64,000 bases of DNA from positions 6,330 through 70,329 of the forward strand of contig JAFNFQ010000004.1 in NCBI GenBank assembly GCA_017885655.1, written 5' to 3'. Within the stretch, counting starts at the first letter, position 1. Each line of letters begins with the position of its first letter. Below the pieces are notes generated by a model. The model saw only the letters and a list, made by a program, of their open reading frames with translations, had not been told where the DNA came from and did no database searches. A program made the translations under genes and the position numbers. The stretch comes from Methanobacteriota archaeon. GTDB taxonomy: Archaea; Thermoplasmatota; Thermoplasmata; RBG-16-68-12; JAFNFQ01. Positions 20,243 through 29,485 of the stretch are shown here, piece after piece.

Positions 20243-21526
20243 CTAGTGATGGATGATCACGAGCACGATGTTGGCGGCGAGGATTGAGAGGAGCATGGCG
20301 GGAAGGGCTAACCGCATGTACTCCCGCCACCCGATGTGAATACCGTGCTTCTCGGCGATCGCCAGGCCGACAACGTTGGCGGAGGCGCCGATTGGCGTCG
20401 CGTTCCCTCCGATGTCAGCTGCTACGGCGACGGTCCAGGTCATCGGGGCAAGCGGGGCAACCCCGTCTGCGGCAAGCCCCCTCAGAACCGGCACCATGGC
20501 GGCGGCGAAAGGAACGTTGTCTAGAAACATCGACAGCGGGATGGAGACCCAGAGGATGACGGTCAGGAGTAACGCCAAGTTGTTCCCGCCAATCCACGCC
20601 ATTCCCGCCGCAACATCCGCGAGAGCGCCGCTCTTGTCCAGCGCTCCTACCACGACGAAGAGCCCCGCCAAGAACAGCAGTGTGTGCCAGTCGATCTTCT
20701 CGACGAGTTCAGGCATGTCTTTCCCGCCAAGCATGAGGACGAGCGTGGCGCCGAGGACCGCCACGAAGGCGATGAGGATGTCGAGCAGGTGATGCAGGAT
20801 TAGGAGCGTGACGGTGAATGCGAAGATCATCAACGAGATTCGCATTAGCCTTATGTCCAAGATTGCGGACGAGGGCTCAAGCTCGGCGTGCTCCTTCTCC
20901 AGTGTTTTCGCGTCCACCTGCATCCGGACCTCGCCACGGCGCTTCAGCATGAAGCCCAAGACCCCCAGGTTAACGAAGAACGCGATGACGGCGATGACGC
21001 CGGTGTTCGCGACGAAGTCCGCGAAAGAGAATCCGAGACTGGTCCCAAGGATGATGTTCGGCGGGTCGCCGACCATCGTCGCGAGTCCGCCGATATTAGC
21101 AGAAGTGATCTCGGCGATGAGGAAAGGGCCGGGGTGGAGCTTCAGGATGCCGCAAACCTCGAGAGTCAGCGAGGCCATGAAGACCATGACGGTGATGCTG
21201 TCCATGAAAGCGGCAAGGATGGCGGAAAGGGCGGAGAAGGTCACGAGGATCCTGAAGGGCTGGAAGTGGCTCCACTTCAGCGCGTGCAGGCCCACCCACC
21301 TGAAGAAACCGCTCTTGGTCAGGGCCGCCACGATGACGAACATCCCGAATATCAGGCCCAATGCCTCCCACTGTATCGCCTCGATGATCCCGCGCTCGTC
21401 AAGGAGCCTGAGGCCCACCACGAGGATGGCTCCTAAGAGGACGGCGGTCGTCCTGTGGACCCTCTTTGAGAGGATCAGCACATAGACGAGGACAAGTATG
21501 GAGATCGCCAGTATCTTCTCGTTCAA
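20243..21526 (-). CDS. ArsB/NhaD-superfamily (CitMHS-like) anion permease
   Basis: 427 aa, about 10-12 hydrophobic segments, with the internal duplicated layout typical of ArsB/NhaD permeases. Assigned by family-level recognition only. Confidence 0.8.
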   Translation of the reverse strand: MNEKILAISILVLVYVLILSKRVHRTTAVLLGAILVVGLRLLDERGIIEAIQWEALGLIFGMFVIVAALTKSGFFRWVGLHALKWSHFQPFRILVTFSALSAILAAFMDSITVMVFMASLTLEVCGILKLHPGPFLIAEITSANIGGLATMVGDPPNIILGTSLGFSFADFVANTGVIAVIAFFVNLGVLGFMLKRRGEVRMQVDAKTLEKEHAELEPSSAILDIRLMRISLMIFAFTVTLLILHHLLDILIAFVAVLGATLVLMLGGKDMPELVEKIDWHTLLFLAGLFVVVGALDKSGALADVAAGMAWIGGNNLALLLTVILWVSIPLSMFLDNVPFAAAMVPVLRGLAADGVAPLAPMTWTVAVAADIGGNATPIGASANVVGLAIAEKHGIHIGWREYMRLALPAMLLSILAANIVLVIIHH

Positions 21527-21567
21527 TCCATCTCGGTGAAGGGTACATGACTGGGGGCATAAAAGAA

Positions 21568-22890
21568 CTAGCGAGCCCGTCGGTCGACGACGACATTGCC
21601 GGCTTTCACGACCAACTCGGCCATGTTCCTCCCGAACCTGTATCCGATGTGGCCAAGCCTGTCTGTGTCCAGGACTACGAAGTCCGCGCTCTTCCCTGGC
21701 TCAATGCTTCCCACCTCCCTGGCGAGACCTATGGCATGTGCCGCATTGATAGTCGCCGCCGTCACAGCCTCGGCAGGAGTCATTCTGAGCTGATGCACCG
21801 CCAAGGAGACGACGAACTGCATGCTCTCGACCCAGCAGCCTGGATTGAGATCGGTGCCCACAGCCACTGGCACGCCTGCGGTGATGATCTTCCTCGCATC
21901 GGCGTAGGGGAGCCTCGAGGACATCGAGGCGGCGGGAAGCAGCACGGCGACGGTGCCTGCATCCTTCATCGCCTCCAGACCGCCGTCTGAGACATGGATG
22001 AGGTGGTCAGCCGATGCGGCCTCCATCTCTCCCGCAAGTTCAGCGCCGCCGCAGGCGGTGAGTTCGTCCGCGTGGACTTTCGGGGTCAGCCCCAGGAGCT
22101 TCGCCTGGAGCAGCAGCCGCCTTGCCTGCTCGACGCTGAAGTATCCCTGTTCCACCCAGACATCACAGAACCTTGCAGCCGTCCTGCGGGCGACAAGCTG
22201 CAGCATCTCATTGACCAGCAGGTCGATGTAGGCGTCTGCCTTCCCTTCGAACTCCGGCGGGACAGCATGCGCGCCAAGGAATGTCGGGACGAGATGTATC
22301 GGTTGCCGCTCGCTCAAGGTCTCGATGGCGGCGAGGATCTTCAGTTCTCCGTTGGAATCGAGGGCATACCCGCTCTTGGCCTCGGCGGTCGTGGTGCCCT
22401 CCTCCCGCATTCCCCTCAGCCTCGACGAGGCCTCGCCGATGAGCTCTTCTGTGGTGGCGGCCCTGGTCTTGGCGACGGTGCTCAGCAAACCGCCGCCAGA
22501 TGCCGCGATTTCCTGGTAGGTGGCTCCCCTGAGCTTAAGCTCCAGCTCGTTCTCGCGGGACCCGGCGAACACGAGGTGCGTGTGAGGGTCCACGAAGCCC
22601 GGGACCACGATATCCCCCTCAGCGTCGATGACGGTCGATGAACCGGAGTATTTCCTCTCGAGCATCCTTGAATCTCCGACTTCGACTATCTTCCCATTCA
22701 TCGCATATATCGCTCCCTCGGGGATGAGAGCCAAATCCTTCATCTGCTCGCCGCGGCGCGGTCTGTCGTGCCCCGCCATCGTGGCAATCTCCCCCGCATT
22801 GATGAGGAGGAGCCCCCCTTTCTTGGTCACGGGACGCGGGGGCAATTCAGCCTCCTCTCTAGGGCTGAGTATCTTATGCGCCCGCCTCAT
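21568..22890 (-). CDS. hutI: Imidazolonepropionase-like amidohydrolase
   Basis: VPGFVDPHTHLVF, ASGGGLLSTVAKTRAATTEEL, KSGYALD, LGAHAVPPEF, HADELT..GGAELA, SADHL, GTDLNPG. Together these match the HutI motif series. The start ATG overlaps the mvk stop by 4 nt. Confidence 0.85.
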   Translation of the reverse strand: MRRAHKILSPREEAELPPRPVTKKGGLLLINAGEIATMAGHDRPRRGEQMKDLALIPEGAIYAMNGKIVEVGDSRMLERKYSGSSTVIDAEGDIVVPGFVDPHTHLVFAGSRENELELKLRGATYQEIAASGGGLLSTVAKTRAATTEELIGEASSRLRGMREEGTTTAEAKSGYALDSNGELKILAAIETLSERQPIHLVPTFLGAHAVPPEFEGKADAYIDLLVNEMLQLVARRTAARFCDVWVEQGYFSVEQARRLLLQAKLLGLTPKVHADELTACGGAELAGEMEAASADHLIHVSDGGLEAMKDAGTVAVLLPAASMSSRLPYADARKIITAGVPVAVGTDLNPGCWVESMQFVVSLAVHQLRMTPAEAVTAATINAAHAIGLAREVGSIEPGKSADFVVLDTDRLGHIGYRFGRNMAELVVKAGNVVVDRRAR

Positions 22891-23816
22891 CGGATTGAGA
22901 CCTCCATTCCGCGCTGCCCGGTCAATACCTTGAACGCCCTGCCACCGGCGGCCTCGATCGCGTGCGCCACCTCATCTGGTTTATCGGTGAGGGCGATCAT
23001 GCTCCCGCCGCCTCCCGCCCCCGTCAGCTTGGCGCCATAGGAGAAAGGCTTTGCGGCGGCTATGAGCTCGTCAAGCTTGTCATGGCCAACTCCCAGCGCG
23101 TTGAGGAGCTTATGATTCCTATCCATCAATTGCCCAGAGGTCGCCCAATCCTTCTTTTGAATCGCGTCGATGCCATCGAGAGTAATCTGTCCGACCTCCG
23201 CTATCATCTTGCGGGCCTTTGCGCTCTTTTCGCAGTTTGCCTTCACCCTCTCGACGAGCGGTCCGGTAGCGGCTTCCACTCCCGTGTGGCCGACGACGAA
23301 GGTCATCGGAGGAATGTCGCGGTGATGGAGATACCATTGGCGTTCTCCCCTCTGCATCCGCCAGAGGAAGTCAGACCCCCTCTCCTTGAGGACGAGCACC
23401 GCATGGCCGTGCGTGCTTGTGCTCGTGTCAATAGGGCTGGCCCGCCCCTGGACGGAATGCTCCACATCAAAGGCTTCACGGGCCACCATTTCGGGTTCGA
23501 CACCGCCACGGATGGCATGCATGGCGCCTAGGCTCGCCACGGTCACCGCCGCAGAGGATCCCATTCCTGAACTCTCCGGGATTCCTGACTTGATCGCTAT
23601 GCGGAGAGGGCCCTTTGTTCCGGAGGCCTCCACCGCCATTCTGACGTACTTGTGGTGTGCGTCGTCGATCGACCCTCGATCTACAGACCATTCACTTGCG
23701 GGAGCGACAGTCACTTCCGTCCTGAGGTCGATGGCAACCGCCAGCGCTGGCTCACCGAAAACGACCGCGTGTTCCCCGAAAAGGATTACCTTGCCAGGAG
23801 AGGAACACACCGCCAT
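22887..23816 (-). CDS. mvk: Mevalonate kinase
   Basis: GKVILFGEHAVVFGEPALAVAI, GHMP-kinase motif PESSGMGSSAAVTVA, and C-terminal KLTGAGGGGSMIAL. Confidence 0.9.
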   Translation of the reverse strand: MAVCSSPGKVILFGEHAVVFGEPALAVAIDLRTEVTVAPASEWSVDRGSIDDAHHKYVRMAVEASGTKGPLRIAIKSGIPESSGMGSSAAVTVASLGAMHAIRGGVEPEMVAREAFDVEHSVQGRASPIDTSTSTHGHAVLVLKERGSDFLWRMQRGERQWYLHHRDIPPMTFVVGHTGVEAATGPLVERVKANCEKSAKARKMIAEVGQITLDGIDAIQKKDWATSGQLMDRNHKLLNALGVGHDKLDELIAAAKPFSYGAKLTGAGGGGSMIALTDKPDEVAHAIEAAGGRAFKVLTGQRGMEVSIR

Positions 23817-23853
23817 CGCGCTACAATCCTGAGGCGGCCATTTAACCGTTGCG

Positions 23854-24087
23854 TCAGTGGCGGCCTTCGAGCTGGGCCGCCTTCATCTCGAGGCGACTCG
23901 CCTTCTCCTCGACCTTCCTCAGATCCTCTCGTATCCTAGACGCCCTGGCCCTTAATTTCGCGGCCTTCGACTTCAGCTTCGATGCCTTCTCCAATGCCGC
24001 CGCCTTCTTCTTCATCATCTTCGCTGAACGCGCTTGCTGCTTCGCGAAGTTCTTCGTCGAGTAGGATTTCTTCGCCATGACAATCAC
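23854..24087 (-). CDS. Small Lys/Ala-rich basic coiled-coil protein
   Basis: 77 aa, KAAKLRARASRIREDLRKVEEKASRLEMKAAQLEG. Alignable with the 80-aa product of 61866..62108 (KAAKLRLDASKLETKAARHKAKAQELEG). A TATA-like ATATTTAA lies about 25 nt upstream. Confidence 0.55.
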   Translation of the reverse strand: MIVMAKKSYSTKNFAKQQARSAKMMKKKAAALEKASKLKSKAAKLRARASRIREDLRKVEEKASRLEMKAAQLEGRH

Positions 24088-24201
24088 CTCGTTGTCAATG
24101 CAAGGCGATATTTAACCATGTTCCGGCGCGCGCTAGAAGCCAACAACATTCAAATATCGCGCGACCCTCAGGTGGGATGAAGCGCCGACAGAGGATGGCG
24201 G

Positions 24202-25002
24202 ATGGAAATGGACTGGGGAATGAAGAACAGGATTTCCAGGATAATTCAGCCTGACGGACGGACGGTGATGCTGGCGGTGGACCACGGATACTTCCTCGGT
24301 CCGACCAGCAAGCTCGAGGTCCCTCGCAAGACGATCGAGCCGCTCTTACCATATGCGGACTCGGTGATGCTCACGCGCGGAGTCCTCAGATCCTCCATAA
24401 GAGCCGACACGAGCACGCCGATCGTGCTCCGAGTCTCCGGCGGCACGAGCGTCATCGGGGAGAGCCTCGCGAACGAGGGCATCACGACTCCGATCGTCGA
24501 GGCGCTGAGGCTGAACGCCGCGGCGGTCGCCCTGTCGATCTTCGTGGGCACCCCTCACGAGCGGCAGACGCTGCTCAGCCTCTCCAACATGGTCACGGAG
24601 GGGCAGTCTGTCGGGATGCCGGTCCTCGCGGTCACCGCGGTCGGCAAGGAACTGGAGAAGCGGGATGCGCGATACCTTGCTTTGAGCTGCAGGATAGCGG
24701 CCGAGCTCGGCGCGCACGTCGTCAAGACTTACTACTGCGACAACTTCACCAAGGTCGTCGAAGGCTGCCCCGTGCCGTTGGTCATCGCCGGCGGCCCGAA
24801 GCTCGAGACGGAGATGGACGCCTTCAAGATGACCTACAGCGCGATCCACGAAGGTGCGGTCGGGGTGGACATGGGGCGCAACATCTGGCAGAATGACAAC
24901 CCGATACCGATGATCAAGGCGGTCAGGTCGATAGTCCACGACAAGGCGACTCCCAAGGAGGCCTTCGACCTGTTCAAGAGCCTCAAGGGCAAGAAGAAGT
25001 GA
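24202..25002 (+). CDS. Class I aldolase of the DhnA/FbaB family (FBP aldolase or ADH synthase AroA'-type)
   Basis: RIIQPDGRTVMLAVDHGYFLGP, a later VVKTYY segment (Schiff-base Lys region), and GVDMGRNIWQ. The specific activity cannot be decided from sequence alone. Confidence 0.85.
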   Translation: MEMDWGMKNRISRIIQPDGRTVMLAVDHGYFLGPTSKLEVPRKTIEPLLPYADSVMLTRGVLRSSIRADTSTPIVLRVSGGTSVIGESLANEGITTPIVEALRLNAAAVALSIFVGTPHERQTLLSLSNMVTEGQSVGMPVLAVTAVGKELEKRDARYLALSCRIAAELGAHVVKTYYCDNFTKVVEGCPVPLVIAGGPKLETEMDAFKMTYSAIHEGAVGVDMGRNIWQNDNPIPMIKAVRSIVHDKATPKEAFDLFKSLKGKKK

Positions 25003-25026
25003 GGTGGCTTCCCCCGGAGACATACT

Positions 25027-26052
25027 TTGCGCGTCGCGATGTACTACAACAACAACGACATCCGGCTGGAGGAGATGCCGAGGCCGGAGATCGACCCCTC
25101 GGAATCGCTCGTCAAAGTCATCGCGAGCGGGATATGCGGCAGCGATGTCATGGAGTGGTACAGGAAGAAGAAGGCCCCGCTGGTCCTGGGTCACGAGATT
25201 GCCGGCGACGTAGTAGAGGTCGGAGGCGATGTTCAAGGTTTCAGGGAAGGCGATAGGGTCTTCGTCTCGCACCACGTTCCCTGCATGTCGTGCAAGTACT
25301 GCATGGCGGGACACCACACGGTCTGCGACACGCTCCGCAGCACCAACTACGACCCTGGCGGTTTCGCCGAGTACATCCGCGTCCCGGAGATGAACGTCGA
25401 TCGCGGCGTCTTCCTGCTACCCGACAACATGACCTATGATGAGGGCGTGTTCATCGAGCCGCTTGGGTGTGTCGCCCGCGGACAGGACTTGGCGGGTGCC
25501 GAGCCCGGTCAGACCGTGCTGGTCATAGGAAGCGGAATAACTGGGTTGCTGCACATCAAGCTCGCGAAGGCGTCGAAGGCCGAACGCATCATCGCGACAG
25601 ACATGGTTGGCTATAGGCTCGAGGCGGCGAGACGTTTCGGGGCGACCGCGGTGATCAAGGCGACCGATGATGTCCCGGCGAGAGTCGCGGAGCTCAATGA
25701 TGGAAAAAAGGCCGACCTGGTGATAATCTGCACCGGCGCGTCGAAGGCAATAGACCAGGGACTGAACTCCGTGGATCGTGGCGGGACGATACTGCTCTTC
25801 GCCCCGACCGACCCAGGCCGCGCGATCCCGATACCGTTCAACGAGCTGTGGCGGGAGGAGGTGACGATGGTCGGGTCCTATGGCGCCAGTCCGGAGGACC
25901 TGGAGACCGCCATCGACCTGATCAGCTCCGGAATGGTGAACGTCCGCGACATGATCACGCACCGCCTCGGTCTGGCGGATACGGGTCTGGGTTTCAGACT
26001 CGTGGCAGAGGCAAAGGAATCGATAAAGGTGATAATCGAGCCGCAGAAGTGA
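25027..26052 (+). CDS. Zinc-dependent alcohol/threonine/sorbitol dehydrogenase family oxidoreductase
   Basis: GICGSDVMEWY...LGHEIAGDVVEVG catalytic Zn motif, structural Zn CMSCKYC, and Rossmann VLVIGSGITGL. TTG 25027 gives M-R-V-A-M-Y-Y-N-N-N-D-I-R-L-E-E, which matches the usual MKAAVYYGPGDIRVEE start; ATG 25039 is the alternative. Confidence 0.88.
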   Translation: MRVAMYYNNNDIRLEEMPRPEIDPSESLVKVIASGICGSDVMEWYRKKKAPLVLGHEIAGDVVEVGGDVQGFREGDRVFVSHHVPCMSCKYCMAGHHTVCDTLRSTNYDPGGFAEYIRVPEMNVDRGVFLLPDNMTYDEGVFIEPLGCVARGQDLAGAEPGQTVLVIGSGITGLLHIKLAKASKAERIIATDMVGYRLEAARRFGATAVIKATDDVPARVAELNDGKKADLVIICTGASKAIDQGLNSVDRGGTILLFAPTDPGRAIPIPFNELWREEVTMVGSYGASPEDLETAIDLISSGMVNVRDMITHRLGLADTGLGFRLVAEAKESIKVIIEPQK

Positions 26053-26063
26053 CCGGGGCTTGG

Positions 26064-26690
26064 CTAGCCGCCGCGCGTCTTCTTTCGTCTCACTATCTCG
26101 GCCGACTTCAACTCCAGGGCGCTTGCGGCGGCGAACTTCTCCCTGAGCTCCTCTTTCATCCGCCTGATGTCTCTAAGGAGCCTGGGGTTGAGCTCCTCCT
26201 TCCTGTGCTCCGGTTTCGTCGCTGCCTTGCCCTTCTTCGACGCGATTCTATCGACCTGGACGCCGCACTGTTTCAGCGTCTCGAAGCCCATGACGTCGGG
26301 GTAGCCCTCGCTGTACACGACGCGCTTCACTCCGGCGTTCACGATCATCTTTGCGCAGGTGTTGCAGGGGACGATCGTGCAATAGAGCGCCCCGCCGCGC
26401 GCTGCAGGTCCCGCGAAGACGAGCGCGTTCATCTCCGCATGCACTCCCGTGCAGATTTCCATCCGCTCGCCGCTCGGGATGTTCAGCTCGTCGCGTATGC
26501 AGCCTATCAGGTCGCAGTGCAGCATACCGCGGGGGTTCCCGTTATAGCCTGTGGAGACGATCACGTCGCCTGTCACGATGACCGCGCCGATCTGGCGGCG
26601 CAGGCATGTGGACCTTGCGGCGACATCGTAGGCGATCCTCAGGTAGTATTCGTCCCTAGGCGCTCTGACGAATGGCTTCTTCCCCGGCAT
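26064..26690 (-). CDS. dCMP/CMP deaminase (ComEB-like) with a basic coiled C-terminal extension
   Basis: HAEMNAL ... PCNTCAKMIVNAGVKRVVY zinc-binding deaminase motifs. Start taken at MPGKKPFVRAP (ATG 26690). Confidence 0.88.
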   Translation of the reverse strand: MPGKKPFVRAPRDEYYLRIAYDVAARSTCLRRQIGAVIVTGDVIVSTGYNGNPRGMLHCDLIGCIRDELNIPSGERMEICTGVHAEMNALVFAGPAARGGALYCTIVPCNTCAKMIVNAGVKRVVYSEGYPDVMGFETLKQCGVQVDRIASKKGKAATKPEHRKEELNPRLLRDIRRMKEELREKFAAASALELKSAEIVRRKKTRGG

Positions 26691-26832
26691 GGCCGCAGTC
26701 ACGCAGAACCGCCGCCGAATAATAACCTTGTTGCCCGCCGCCAACCCCGCCAAAGCCACCGGCCTCGGATCGGAGCGGCACTGGAGCAGGACTGGAGCGA
26801 TACTGGACCGGGTGGATCGCAGTGAGGCCGCG

Positions 26833-27804
26833 TCAGACCGGCCCGGTCCGGGCGATCGAGTAGTAGGCGAGCCCGCCTTTGTCCTCGCACCTCACTTTGC
26901 CCTCGGCGGTAAGAATCTCCAAGTGGCCGAGGACCTCCGTGAGCGCGGGGAAGATGTCTTGGATCGGCAGCATCCCGTAAAGGCGGTCGATGATGTCGCA
27001 GGCGGTGCTCGGCTCGTTGCGGAGCACCTCCATGATGCTCGACTGGCGGCTCTCGAACTGCGAGTGGATCAGGGCGGTGCAGGCCGGGATGTCCCTGAAC
27101 TCCGCCCTGTGACCCGGTTTGACATCTGTGAAGCCGAGTCTCTCGAGCTTGTCGACCGATGCCATGTAGTCGGAGAGCCCTATCGACTCGCCTTCCGCGG
27201 AGCCGAAGGCGGCGACCGGAACGAGATCCTTGATCAGAGTATCCCCGGAAATCAGGCATCCTTCAGGGCCGCGATAGCACGTCGAGCCGGGGGAATGGCC
27301 CGGGGTGTGGATGGCCTTCAGCTTGCACTGGCCCACGTCGATGACGTCGCCGTCCCTGACCGTGGACGAAATCGTCGTCGCATCCGAGAGCGTCGCGAGG
27401 TACTCGAAGAAGCCTTCGACGAGCTCGAGCGTCTCCGGGGGCACGCCCGTCTTGAGAAAGGTGTCTGCAGTGGCCTTCCGCTTGTGACGATATGCCTCCC
27501 TGAAGTTCCTCACGGTCTCTGCGTCACCCACCGGAGCGATAATCTCGGCCCGGCTGTCGCGCCTTACGACGTCCGCGAGGCCGTGGTGGTCGACGTGACC
27601 GTGCGTGATGAGGACGCGGGAGATGTCCTTGATGGAGAGCCCCAGCTTCCGCAGTTCCTTGGTGAGGGCCTCGTAAGCTTCCTGGGTCTTTGGGCCGGTG
27701 TCTATGAGGGTGGGTGGCGGCCCTTCGAAGAGATATGCGTTGACCTCGCCGATCGGAAGGCAGGTCGGAATCTCGATTCTGTGGAACCCCTCGCGGACAT
27801 GCAT
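26833..27804 (-). CDS. MBL-fold metallo-hydrolase with a C-terminal winged-helix-like domain
   Basis: ITHGHVDHHG (HxHxDH) plus downstream HTPGHSPG. Confidence 0.85.
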   Translation of the reverse strand: MHVREGFHRIEIPTCLPIGEVNAYLFEGPPPTLIDTGPKTQEAYEALTKELRKLGLSIKDISRVLITHGHVDHHGLADVVRRDSRAEIIAPVGDAETVRNFREAYRHKRKATADTFLKTGVPPETLELVEGFFEYLATLSDATTISSTVRDGDVIDVGQCKLKAIHTPGHSPGSTCYRGPEGCLISGDTLIKDLVPVAAFGSAEGESIGLSDYMASVDKLERLGFTDVKPGHRAEFRDIPACTALIHSQFESRQSSIMEVLRNEPSTACDIIDRLYGMLPIQDIFPALTEVLGHLEILTAEGKVRCEDKGGLAYYSIARTGPV

Positions 27805-27880
27805 CCGTCCGACTCATGCCGCGTCCGCGACTATAAAACTTGCTGACAGCGGCGAAGACATGGGCGAGGTTTAGCGCGCT

Positions 27881-28654
27881 TCACAGCCTCTTCAGGATCA
27901 ACAGCCGTTTGAGCATCTGGATTCCCAGTGCCGGGTCGATCCCCTTGGGGCAGACGACCGAGCAGGTCATGGCGACGTGGCACTGCCAGCACCCGTGCTC
28001 GTGGTCCACCGTCTCGGCCCTCTCCGCGCGCCCCTCGTCCCTGGAATCGGCAATCCACCTGAACGCAGCGGCGAGCGCCTGGGGTCCGAGGTACTTCGGA
28101 TCCATCGCCACCGGCGGGCATGCGGCGTCGCACAGGCCGCACATGATGCAGTAGCTGAACTGCAGGTATTTCAGGCGGTCTTTCTCCGTCTGAGGATATT
28201 GCTTCGCAGGTTTCTCCTGATCGTCTTTGTCCGCGCGGATCAGATAGGGCTTGACGAATCTGTAGTGCGCGAAGAAATCCGTGAAATCAGTGGCGAGATC
28301 CCTGATGGTGTCGTAGTTGGCGAGGGGCTCGGTCTCTATCGGGCCTGGCGGCAATTCCTTGATCTGCGTCTCGCACGCGAGCATCGGTCGACCGTTGATG
28401 AGCATGCCGCAGGACCCGCATATCCCCATCCTGCAAGAGTACCTGAACGAGAGGCTCGCGTCGATGTTCTCCTTGGCGTACAGGAGAGCGTCCAGAACGG
28501 TCATCCCCTGGGAATAGGGGACCTTGTATTCTTTGACCGCGGGCTTCCCGCCGACGCTCGGGGTCCAGCGCGAGCAGCGGATGACGACCTCCTTTGGCGG
28601 GGTGAAGCCTGGCTCGGACGACACATTCATTTCCTTCTCTGACGCGGTTGCCAT
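27881..28654 (-). CDS. sdhB: Succinate dehydrogenase/fumarate reductase iron-sulfur subunit
   Basis: 2Fe-2S CRMGICGSCGMLINGRPMLAC; 4Fe-4S/3Fe-4S CIMCGLCDAACP and CHVAMTCSVVCPKGIDP. Confidence 0.92.
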   Translation of the reverse strand: MATASEKEMNVSSEPGFTPPKEVVIRCSRWTPSVGGKPAVKEYKVPYSQGMTVLDALLYAKENIDASLSFRYSCRMGICGSCGMLINGRPMLACETQIKELPPGPIETEPLANYDTIRDLATDFTDFFAHYRFVKPYLIRADKDDQEKPAKQYPQTEKDRLKYLQFSYCIMCGLCDAACPPVAMDPKYLGPQALAAAFRWIADSRDEGRAERAETVDHEHGCWQCHVAMTCSVVCPKGIDPALGIQMLKRLLILKRL

Positions 28655-28657
28655 CTC

Positions 28658-29011
28658 TCACCACCTCGTGATGTACGCGGCGACGATGGTCCACATGCCG
28701 AAAGCCACCATGACCGCCGCCACGACAATCGCTCCCCAGTTCACCGCCTTGGTCCAGGTCTTGCCGTGCCGCCATTCGAGCAGCGTGGTCTTGAAGCTGA
28801 AGATGCTGTGGAACGCGAGGACAACGAGGAGCACCGCGAGCATGAATGCCGTTGCGGTATCGGTGTAGTGCCCCTTGACGGCATCGGGCTCCAGGCTCGC
28901 CCCGTAACCGGACACGCCGAGGAACGCATGCGTGGCCAGGTGCAGGAACAGCGTGATGCTGATGAGGACCATGCACATGTAGTTGACCAGCATCAGTTTG
29001 GATCCTCTCAT
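28658..29011 (-). CDS. sdhD: Succinate dehydrogenase membrane anchor subunit (SdhD-like)
   Basis: 117 aa with three hydrophobic helices, located between sdhC and sdhB with 3-nt gaps. Confidence 0.7.
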   Translation of the reverse strand: MRGSKLMLVNYMCMVLISITLFLHLATHAFLGVSGYGASLEPDAVKGHYTDTATAFMLAVLLVVLAFHSIFSFKTTLLEWRHGKTWTKAVNWGAIVVAAVMVAFGMWTIVAAYITRW

Positions 29012-29014
29012 GTC

Positions 29015-29485
29015 TCAGCCCCCGATAAGGATGAAGAACGAAGCGACGAGAACGCTGACAACCCCGATCCCGAACGCGGTCCAGAGCGCGCCCTTCTCCG
29101 CATTGTTGAGCGACGGTGCCTTGTAGGGGAAGTCCGGTCTGTGCGGTCTGCCTGAGATGACCCCCAGGCCGATGAGCACCAGCCTGATGCCGTTTATGCC
29201 GTGGAATCCTACGGCTCCGACGACCACGATCTCGCCTATGTGCCCCGCGGGGTTCGACAGCATGCCCATGATGTCCGCGAAGAACACCCTTCCCCCGAGG
29301 ATTGCGTTTGTCACCACGAGATGGAATACCAGGTATAGCAGCAGTCCGAGACCTGTCGCCCTGTGCAGCATCATCCCGAACCTTTCCAGATGCAGCGGTT
29401 TGTCGAAAGCCCAGCCAAGGAACCTGGTCTTCTTCCTGCTTTCCATTCCAGACGTTGACGCGCTGGCGGGTGATTGAGCGCTCAT
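29015..29485 (-). CDS. sdhC: Succinate dehydrogenase cytochrome b subunit (SdhC-like)
   Basis: Start taken at MSAQSP; its ATG shares 1 nt with the sdhA stop (TGATG). Three TM segments with conserved His (LHRATGLGLLLYLVFHL). Confidence 0.75.
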   Translation of the reverse strand: MSAQSPASASTSGMESRKKTRFLGWAFDKPLHLERFGMMLHRATGLGLLLYLVFHLVVTNAILGGRVFFADIMGMLSNPAGHIGEIVVVGAVGFHGINGIRLVLIGLGVISGRPHRPDFPYKAPSLNNAEKGALWTAFGIGVVSVLVASFFILIGG

